A stretch of DNA of 28,116 nucleotides. Origin: Saprolegnia diclina VS20 (taxonomy: Eukaryota). The DNA lies in the NCBI RefSeq assembly GCF_000281045.1, contig NW_008246086.1, positions 489,793 to 517,908 on the forward strand, given 5' to 3'. Below are positions 20,353 through 28,116 of the stretch, one piece after another. Within the stretch, counting starts at the first letter, position 1. Every line of letters starts with the position of its first letter. A model generated the notes under the pieces. That model did not search any database. It was not told the origin of the DNA and worked only from the letters and a program-made list of their open reading frames with translations. Made by a program: the position numbers and the translations under genes.

Positions 20353-22224
20353 TTAAGAGGACGCACGCGCGCCGCCGCGCATGCCTTGCGCACCCGTTGC
20401 CCGTGAGAAGCCGCCAGAAGTCCCGCTGCGCGGATACCGCGTCGACCGACCGCGCTTGGCTGCATATGCCTGCGCCTTGGCGTTGTCATGCGTCGTCGGC
20501 GTGGGCGGTCGCGCCGCCGTGGCCCCCGTCGAGGCCGACGTCGGCGAACGAAAGAACGGCGTGCCAAAGTACGTGCCCCAGCTCTCCTTTCGGACTGCGT
20601 CCGCGTCGTCCTTGTACAAGCTGTGCAAGAGAGCGTTTTGCGCCGGCGAGAGTTCGGGGAGCGTGCTTTTCGAGAGGCGCGGGCCGTCGATGCAGTGCGG
20701 CACGAAGCAGCTATTGTCGTTCGTCGTTGCGCCAATGTCTTCGCGCACGCAAAAGCCTGCCGGGGCACCGTGGACGACCCACGACCCCAACACGATCTTT
20801 CGTAGTGCAAAGCTCGACGTCGCGTGGTAGGCTTGGTACACCGGGGCACCCATGTCGAGGTCGACGACGCCGTCATGGCCTTCGGTCGGCAGCATCGATG
20901 CCTTGTCGGCCGCATCGAGAAACTCGGCTTTGCTTTTGTAGCGTCCCGAGTAGAGAATGCCGGCGCCCTCCCGGCCGTACTTGGGCTTGGCGACAATGTT
21001 GCCAGGGATCTTATTGTCGAGGATGTCGTCCCGATCGTACGTTGCGGGGAGCAAGTTGGGGTGGTCCGGGAACATCTCCCAGAGGAGCGCGAGCAGCGCC
21101 TTGTTGCCAAGGAGGAGCTTCCACGCCGGCTCGAGGAGCCGCTTGTTTCCGCCCGGCGTATCGACAAAGAGGTCGTCGCCCAATGACTCGGAAGCGAGCC
21201 ACTCGTACGGATACAGCTTCCAGAGATGCTCGATGCGCGCTTTTGTGCCATCGACGATGTGGCCGTCACCATCGACCGACACGCTGCTGATCGGGACAAC
21301 GTCGGCATTGAGCCCCGCGATCAGCGCCATGCGGTGCATGAACGCGACGTGTTCAATCTCTTCGATCGTCGCGTTCGTGCCAGCGAGATGCACATGAGCG
21401 CCCTTGGGTACGACCTTGGTCCACGCCGCCTTGAGCCGGTCCTCGATTTCGTTGAAGCACCACTGCTTCGAGTCGGCAAGCACGTGCGACTGCCACAAGC
21501 GCTGGCCGACGGCCGTCTCGACGAGAACAGTGGGCGTGTCGGCGTTGTACTCGAGGAGCTTGGGAGGGCCGGTGCCGTCCCAGCTAAAGTCAAAGCGCCC
21601 GAGGAGGTCCGGGTCCCGCCGCGCCCACGAGTCGCGCACTGCTTGGCGCAAGTTGAACGGAATCTCAAAGACATCGAGGAGCGCGTCCGAGGCGACGATG
21701 CGGTCGACAGCTTGGAGGCACATGGCGTGGAGCTCGTACGTGGCATTGCGCAGCGCTTGAGCGTCCGTACTCGTCATGGTGTACGCGGCCTCGTCGTTCC
21801 AGTACGGCTGCTCGTAGTAGCGCGTCTCATCCTCTTCGATCCACGTGACGCCGGCCAGCGATGCGTGGCGCACCCCGTTGGCTTCGAGGACGCTAAGCGG
21901 TAGCCGCTTGGACTGCGGCACGCGCTGAAGCGAGCTGTGGGGCACTGAGCGCGGCGCACGGTCGGCGTGGCTCTTCTTGTGGCACTGAGAGGCGTCGGTG
22001 ATGCGAATCATCTGGAACTCGTTGGCCTCTTTGGTGTCGTAGTAGTAGATGACGCCGCAGACTGCGACACCGACGGCCGCAATACCCATCAAGGACGCCG
22101 GGTCCAAGTCCGGGTCGGAGGCTATGTGCCGCCGGTACATGAACCGGCGCACGCCAAGAAGCGGCTGCTGCGCGCGGCGAGGCCGCAAGAGGCGCGAGGT
22201 CGGGCGTACGAGGAGGCGCTGCAT
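20353..22224 (-). CDS. Glutathionylspermidine synthase-like ATP-grasp protein (GSP_synth; YgiC/YjfC-like, no amidase domain) with N-terminal presequence and TM helix, ~623 aa
   Basis: Intronless; PYWNDEAAY, GRFDFSWDG..PPKLLEYNADTPT, KLYPYEW, EPAWKLLLGNKALLALLWEMFPDHPNLLP, KPKYGREGA, GSWVV and REDIGATTNDNSCFVPH. Start taken at MQRLLVRP (22224). Confidence 0.88.
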   Translation of the reverse strand: MQRLLVRPTSRLLRPRRAQQPLLGVRRFMYRRHIASDPDLDPASLMGIAAVGVAVCGVIYYYDTKEANEFQMIRITDASQCHKKSHADRAPRSVPHSSLQRVPQSKRLPLSVLEANGVRHASLAGVTWIEEDETRYYEQPYWNDEAAYTMTSTDAQALRNATYELHAMCLQAVDRIVASDALLDVFEIPFNLRQAVRDSWARRDPDLLGRFDFSWDGTGPPKLLEYNADTPTVLVETAVGQRLWQSHVLADSKQWCFNEIEDRLKAAWTKVVPKGAHVHLAGTNATIEEIEHVAFMHRMALIAGLNADVVPISSVSVDGDGHIVDGTKARIEHLWKLYPYEWLASESLGDDLFVDTPGGNKRLLEPAWKLLLGNKALLALLWEMFPDHPNLLPATYDRDDILDNKIPGNIVAKPKYGREGAGILYSGRYKSKAEFLDAADKASMLPTEGHDGVVDLDMGAPVYQAYHATSSFALRKIVLGSWVVHGAPAGFCVREDIGATTNDNSCFVPHCIDGPRLSKSTLPELSPAQNALLHSLYKDDADAVRKESWGTYFGTPFFRSPTSASTGATAARPPTPTTHDNAKAQAYAAKRGRSTRYPRSGTSGGFSRATGAQGMRGGARASS

Positions 22225-23065
22225 GCCAAAATAGAAAGTGCAAAGTCGAAACGATGGTGTGTGTCTGATTGTGGAGGAGTGATGGTCGAAGAACGTGCGA
22301 CACATTGTATAGGGTCGCTAAATGGGTTAAATCGAATTTAACGTCTCTGGAGCGGCGCTGCTTCCTGCCTCCAAGAGCAAGAGCAAGAGCGCTGGAAGTG
22401 GGACAAAAGACTATGGGTAAATGCGGCAACTAAAGATTTCGAAAACGTACTTTCGGTCTAGTTGGACCTCGTGACTGATGCACAAGATGCCAACCGTGCG
22501 GCTGCCGAGTGAACCGGATGACCTTCCGGTTGGCATGAATCGAGTGGCGCAAGGCCTGGTCGTTCAGTCTACCCAGCGCAAGGATCAATGAATTGCGGCC
22601 CTCTTGCTGGTGCAAGCAGACACACGACATGGGACTACCTCAGAGATTCATGTACGAGAGACTTGACCTCAACACGAGAAAGTCGTGGCATATCCGCCAC
22701 ATGCCCTTTTTGAATCCGTGTGAGCTGTTTTGGGATGAAGGAGCTGCAAACGGCAAGGAGCTACACTGTACTATAGTCAGAAAGCGGGGCTCTCTCTGGG
22801 ACTTGAACCCGAATCTACGTGGTGCTAAACCTATGTCGAAACCGCTAGACAATAAGAAGTCGACAAGAGCACCGCATTTTGACCGAAATGACGCCATCAA
22901 TTCTTGGATGCGCGTTCAGCGACGTACGACGCAGCACGTGTCCGTGGCCGAGTCGACGCTCTGGACGTGTTTGCTACAATTGTATGGCCCGTACTCGCCG
23001 AGCGTTTTTGTGTACTTAGCGCTGTTAATACTTGTGCAAGCCAATTCCAAAAAGCAACTGCAGTC

Positions 23066-23284
23066 GATCAACGACGGCGCTTCCCTTTGCGCGTCGAAGC
23101 CTTCTCGAGTAGCCAAGAGGCTAAACCTCGCTTTTGATTTGTTGCTGCTGATGCCAGCTGGTGGTCGACCGAATCGCAAGGAAGGAATTATGGTCTGCTA
23201 CGTTGTCGCCGACCATTTCCCCACATTTCACTTTTCAAATTTCTCTCATGCGTCGACTGCTACTGCTGCTGCTTCTCGTCTCGG
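23066..23284 (+). repeat. Duplicated upstream/5' segment of the Cys-rich gene family (copy 1; copy 2 at 24121-24325)
   Basis: gatcaacgacggcg...tcgaagc...cttctcgagtagcc...tcgc(t)ttttgatttgttgctg...gaccgaatc...tcacttt(t)caa...atgcgtc aligns by eye between the two loci. Confidence 0.8.
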
Positions 23285-23835
23285 CCGTGTATGCTGCCGA
23301 CGTCTCGACCACAGCGCCGATCGTATCGGCTTGCCAAGTCTGTGCCTCGACGGGTCGGTGCCTCAACGCCGGTCCCAACGGCGATGCCGGCAAGTACTGC
23401 GGCGTGCTTCTCGACAAGGCGGCGCTGACATCCCAAGCGTGCTGCTGCTCGGTCGCGCAGATTTGCCCGACGCCGAGCCAAGGCGCCGTGTGCGACTGCG
23501 CCGGCGTCAAGACGGCACCGCCCGAGAAGGCCTCGTACAACTACACGTGGGTCATTATCGTCGCGACGATCGTGGGCCCGTTTGTTCTGTATGGCCTTTG
23601 CTGCTGCGGCATCGGATGTATCAACGTGTGCAGTGACTGTTGCGCGAACCGCCAGCAGCGCAAGGCCGCCAAGCAACGCGAGCGAGCGGCGCGACAGCGC
23701 GAACGCGACGCGCAAGCCGCGCAGGAGCGGGCCGAGGCTGCGATGCCCCAAGCCGTGATCGTCTCCGAGATCCCCGCGCCCACCGCCATGTACGTAGCTC
23801 AAGCGACGCCCGTGTACGCTGGCGCTTCGAAGTAA
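23248..23835 (+). CDS. Secreted Cys-rich single-pass membrane protein, family copy 1 (195 aa)
   Basis: Signal peptide MRRLLLLLLLVSAVYA; 10-Cys ectodomain; TM WVIIVATIVGPFVLYGL; juxtamembrane Cys cluster; Arg/Gln/Ala helical tail. Inr-like TCACTTTTCAAATTT at 23228. Confidence 0.8.
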   Translation: MRRLLLLLLLVSAVYAADVSTTAPIVSACQVCASTGRCLNAGPNGDAGKYCGVLLDKAALTSQACCCSVAQICPTPSQGAVCDCAGVKTAPPEKASYNYTWVIIVATIVGPFVLYGLCCCGIGCINVCSDCCANRQQRKAAKQRERAARQRERDAQAAQERAEAAMPQAVIVSEIPAPTAMYVAQATPVYAGASK

Positions 23836-24120
23836 CCGGACGATTTTACAACTGTATTTAAGGACAACAAGACTATCAAACAGCACTACTACCAGGTCTT
23901 TGCATTGGCGCAGTGTGCACGAGCAGGTCGAAGTTGGTGATGTTTCGGCTCTTGGTCGAGTTAATCTTTCGATTCGCGACACGATCGAGTTTCTTTGCCG
24001 CCCAAACGAAGCCGTACGTACGGCTGCACTGTAGGGCAAGACAGAGCACGATACCGAGACGCACGCAAGATCGCAGTACGTGGCAATGGCGGGACAAACG
24101 TCTTTGACGCGGCCGCTGCC

Positions 24121-24325
24121 GATCAACGACGGCGTTTTCCTTTGTGCATCGAAGCGTGTCGTCTCTTCTCGAGTAGCCCAAGTGGCTCAAAATCGCTTTT
24201 TGATTTGTTGCTGGTCGTCTACTAGTACCAGATGGTGGACCGAATCACGAGGGTTGTCATCGCACAATCACTTTCAATTCACACTATCATGCGTCAACTG
24301 CTACTGCTACTGCTTCTCGTCTCGG
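24121..24325 (+). repeat. Duplicated upstream/5' segment, copy 2
   Basis: Colinear similarity with 23066-23284. Confidence 0.8.
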
Positions 24326-24921
24326 NNNNNNNNNNNNNNNNNNNNNNNNNNNNNNNNNNNNNNNNNNNNNNNNNNNNNNNNNNNNNNNNNNNNNNNNNNN
24401 NNNNNNNNNNNNNNNNNNNNNNNNNNNNNNNNNNNNNNNNNNNNNNNNNNNNNNNNNNNNNNNNNNNNNNNNNNNNNNNNNNNNNNNNNNNNNNNNNNNN
24501 NNNNNNNNNNNNNNNNNNNNNNNNNNNNNNNNNNNNNNNNNNNNNNNNNNNNNNNNNNNNNNNNNNNNNNNNNNNNNNNNNNNNNNNNNNNNNNNNNNNN
24601 NNNNNNNNNNNNNNNNNNNNNNNNNNNNNNNNNNNNNCGTACGACTACACGTGGGTCTTTGTCGCGTTTGGTCCGTTCATGCTCTATCTTCTTTGCTGCT
24701 CCGGCGCCGGATGTATCGACTTGTGCAACCATTGCTACAAGTCGTGCGCGAAGTGCATAGCGGTCAAGCGGCTCGAGCGAGCAAAGCGGCAGCGCAAACG
24801 TGACGCGCAAGCCGCGCAGGCGCGGGCCGAGGCTGCGATATCACAAGCCGTGATCGTCTCCGAGATCCCCGCCATGTACGTAACCCAAGCGACGCCCTCT
24901 GAGGCACGAGCTGGTCGTTGA
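24289..24921 (+). CDS. Cys-rich single-pass membrane protein, family copy 2 (ectodomain lost in assembly gap)
   Basis: MRQLLLLLLLVS before the gap; YDYTWVFVAFGPFMLYLLCCSGAGC...RDAQAAQARAEAAISQAVIVSEIPAMYV after it, closely matching copy 1. Confidence 0.75.
   Translation: MRQLLLLLLLVSXXXXXXXXXXXXXXXXXXXXXXXXXXXXXXXXXXXXXXXXXXXXXXXXXXXXXXXXXXXXXXXXXXXXXXXXXXXXXXXXXXXXXXXXXXXXXXXXXXXXXXXXXYDYTWVFVAFGPFMLYLLCCSGAGCIDLCNHCYKSCAKCIAVKRLERAKRQRKRDAQAAQARAEAAISQAVIVSEIPAMYVTQATPSEARAGR
24326..24637. other. Assembly gap (312 N)
   Basis: Run of N; the equivalent interval in copy 1 is about 249 nt. Confidence 0.99.
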
Positions 24922-26804
24922 CGATCGTTGCGGAATGGCGCAGTGATAGCGGTGGCTCGAGGACCCATCATACGATACCCAGGACAGACCTTTGTGCACA
25001 GATCTAGTAGCCGGAGCCCAAGGCGACAATCCATGTAAAAAAGCGTCATATTGTACATCGTCATCCCAGGGCTTTAGGTTGTTACACTACATCGCTGCGC
25101 AGGAATATAGCTTGCTTGTCCTCGAGATGCGGTCACTCGTCTGCTGTGAACACCAGAAGATTGACCCTTTCCGACATGTTCAGGAATCGGCGAACCTTCC
25201 ATACGTGTTGCATCCAAACAGAAGTCGCATCATCTGATTGGGCGAGAGGGACATATATGGGCCATAAATCGCTGCTTGCTATTGGTGGAACCTTAATAGT
25301 GTGACGCATGACGCAGGCAACGTGTCCAGCCGGGAAGCGCGCCGCGGCTCTTGCTCACGTGCTCAGCGCGTCGCAGTCATCAGTTCCGACCAAACCTGTG
25401 CTCGAATCTTGCATGATGATTGTGCAAAGCTTTATATATTGACTGATGAATACGATATATGACTATGGTAGCTTATAATGTGCTTTGCAGGCGTTGTGCA
25501 TCTCGATCTGCGGGATAGATCCAACCACATCTTCTCGCACACGGCGGGTATGATTGCTTGCCTACCTTCGCGACGACAAGATGAGGACACGTCCCGTCGC
25601 ATGCCTTCTTGCACGCTCGGTCCAATCGGTACCACGTGTAGAGGCCGACTTCGCACGTGGCGGCCAACCTGTCGAGTTGTTGAGGGTGACTTGACGCCGG
25701 GGCATGTTCTTGTCATCGCGCTTGCGCTTCTTGCACCGAGTCGTCGGGGGAAGTACTTGTGTGTTGCAAGTAGTCGCGCGGTTTACTTCAACGTCGATGA
25801 GTTGACTTGACTGCATGTGAGCCACATCGCAGAGACCCAGATCCACAGAGCCTTGGTCTGGTGGACGCTGAGCGCGCTGTACAGCAGCAGTATCAAGCGC
25901 AGCCGGTTGGGAGCTGACAGTGGATGAAAAGCCCTTGCGCGCCGTTCGCATCGTTGTCAAGGCGTCGCGGATGCCGCCGAAAGAGGTGCGACTTGGATGC
26001 GAGACGACGGCGATCGCGCGGGGCGTACGGGCAGTACACCGTGTGCTGCCGGCGGATCCCGCAGAGGATGCAGACCGGAACTCCATTCGGTGCTACGACC
26101 CGAGTCTTCGGGCCCGGTCGATCCGCTCGGACTCGCGCTCGGACCTTGCGCGTGCGCTCTTCCATCTCTCTGTGGCTCTGAGGCACAGGAGACTCTCGCC
26201 AGGAAATTAGAAGTCGCGTCCAATGAATGTGCAGCAACCGGAAGTCTCCGCCAGTCATATTGAGTATATCATTTCTTAGCTATTTGATTGGTAAAAAAAG
26301 GCTCAGAGGGGTAGGTCTAGAGTTTGTCGGGTTGCAATTACTTGGTTCATACAAATTTTAAGTTTAATTTATGGATAAGGCCCTTGTCGTGCTACCAGCC
26401 ACGAGAGCGCAGTGCTGGTGTGTACCAGCTAAAACACACAACGAATGCCCGGTTTCCCAGTGGCTTCCTTCCTTCTCTTTTCTCTCGCGCCATGTCCATA
26501 AAATTTTAGATTGCAACATTTATGGTGCATTCGCCCAGGAATCGTTGTGCGTCTCTGCGCCAGCGAATTTTCAACCGAACAGCTTGGTACCATAGATCGC
26601 GCAGACGCTGCACGTTGAGTTGTCGACCTTGACAATGATGGTGCGCGCGGTGCGTCGTCATCGCGATGAGACATGCGTCTATCTCGTAGAAAGACCCGTG
26701 TCCGATCTATTTTTCGTCCTGCTGAATCGGAGAAAGAGGAATGATGGGCGGGCATGTTGTTGTTTAACAGCAAAACCAGCACACTCACTTTTCAAACCGC
26801 AACC

Positions 26805-27386
26805 ATGACGACGCACCACCTCCTTTTAACGCTGCTGCTGCTTCTCACCACAGCCTGCCACGCGGCTACAAGCTCGCCGACACCGATGCCGACTCTCTCG
26901 GCCTGCCAAGAGTGTGCCAACACTGGTCGGTGCCTCACCGCCGGCTCGGTCGGCGACGCTGGCAAATACTGCGGCATCTTCTTTCTCAACACAACAGCAA
27001 AGGCGTCGGGGCCGTGTTGCTGCTCCGTCGCGCAGATTTGCCCACCACCTGGCCAAGACACGGCATGTGCGTGCGCCAGCGTCAAGTCGGCCGCGCCCTA
27101 CGTGCCATCGTACGACTACAGCTGGGTCTACATCCTTGTGTCGTCGGTGGCGCCATTCCTCCTCTTTTTCCCTGGCTTATGGATTTGGAACGCAGTCGAC
27201 TCGTGCATTTCTCGGTGCCGGGAGCGCCGGGAGAAGCAAAAGCGTCAAAAGGCCGCTCGTCAGCGCGAGGCCGACGTACAAGCTGCGCGGGAACGTCGGG
27301 AAGCGGCTGCTCGGCAACTCGTGATCGTCACCAAGGTGCCCGCCACGCACTACGTCGCGTATGCAACGCCCGTGTATCCGAAATAA
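26805..27386 (+). CDS. Cys-rich single-pass membrane protein, family copy 3 (193 aa)
   Basis: Signal peptide MTTHHLLLTLLLLLTTACHA; SACQECANTGRCLTAG..GDAGKYCG...CCCSVAQICP...CAC; YDYSWV followed by a TM helix; tail ending ATPVYPK. TCACTTTTCAA at 26785. Confidence 0.8.
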   Translation: MTTHHLLLTLLLLLTTACHAATSSPTPMPTLSACQECANTGRCLTAGSVGDAGKYCGIFFLNTTAKASGPCCCSVAQICPPPGQDTACACASVKSAAPYVPSYDYSWVYILVSSVAPFLLFFPGLWIWNAVDSCISRCRERREKQKRQKAARQREADVQAARERREAAARQLVIVTKVPATHYVAYATPVYPK

Positions 27387-27963
27387 GAGGTTGACGCCTT
27401 GTGTGTATTCCTTGCATAGTACCATTCGCTATGTACCTCAACCCCAGTACTTCCTAACAGTTTTGCCATGTTCGGTCTCCCGCTTTGTTCATGGGTTGAC
27501 AACGTGGCGTCACTTGGTCAAGATTCAATCGCTCTTCAATTGAATCTTATACAATCGCTGGCACCAGATGCTGCCACGTAAAGAAAGAATGATGGTCTCG
27601 TGCATCCCACACCGGCGCACCATGCAGCCGCGCACAACGGGCAGACTAAGGTTTGAAGCATCTACCTGGTGCTTGGTCTGCACATTTTTTGGAGATCGCA
27701 GTGCCCGTTGTCGCTCCATATTTTCCAAGGGAATAAATTTATATTTACCTACGAAATGAACCGACAAGTATATTTCTTCTGGCGAGTCGATGCCACTCGG
27801 TCACCCTCCATACATGCTTCTCCTTATTTTGCTTCTTCCTCTGGACGGCTCCATCCGTATCGTCGCACATACTAGTACCAGTACGCGCCAAGGGCACATA
27901 TGCGTCCATAAAGATGACATTAATGTACATATGGGTGTGTACTCTTGGTACGAACCAGCTAGA

Positions 27964-28116
27964 CTAGACTATATATTTACGCGCACTAGTAATAGGTGGC
28001 GTTCTTGCTGCGGGCATCTCGACCGCTTCACTGTGCCATGGCGCGCCGCTTGAGGCTTGGCGTGCTTGCTCGTCGCGGGCGGCCGCTCGTGCTGCCCGTT
28101 CTCGTGCGCGACGCTC
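27964..28116 (-). CDS. 3' end of a gene entering from outside the window; the tail resembles the Cys-rich membrane protein family
   Basis: The minus frame from 28116 reads ERRARERAARAAARDEQARQASSGAPWHSEAVEMPAARTPPITSARKYIV*, compositionally like the RERAARQRERDAQAAQ...EIPA tails. Confidence 0.35.
   Translation of the reverse strand, partial: ERRARERAARAAARDEQARQASSGAPWHSEAVEMPAARTPPITSARKYIV

Noticed and set aside
22372..22390. (CAAGAG)3 short repeat
   Set aside because: Ordinary microsatellite; no spacer structure, not CRISPR-like.

Overview
Eukaryotic, GC-rich, gene-dense DNA with very short GT-AG introns (41-59 nt) and TCAYTY initiator motifs close to start codons, most consistent with an oomycete (probably Saprolegniales; this is an inference). 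Splicing the ORF fragments by hand gives, in order: a nucleolin-like RRM protein (-, partial), mitochondrial dihydrolipoamide dehydrogenase (+), an NDP-rhamnose 3,5-epimerase/4-reductase (+), Rheb GTPase with altered G3/G4 motifs (-), a ~1570-aa ankyrin + multi-TOG/HEAT protein (-), cytosolic leucyl-tRNA synthetase (+), polyprenol reductase (-), a START-domain protein (+), a thioredoxin-fold/fRMsr (GAF) fusion (-), an intronless bacterial-type glutathionylspermidine-synthase-like ATP-grasp protein with a presequence, a TM helix and a Gly/Arg/Ser tail (-), and a tandem family of at least three Cys-rich single-pass membrane proteins (+). There are two assembly gaps. No tRNA, rRNA, CRISPR array or intact transposon was recognised. 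The best leads are the adjacent Trx-fRMsr fusion and GspS-like gene, the non-canonical Rheb, and the Ank-TOG architecture. All gene models were read by eye and need RNA confirmation.
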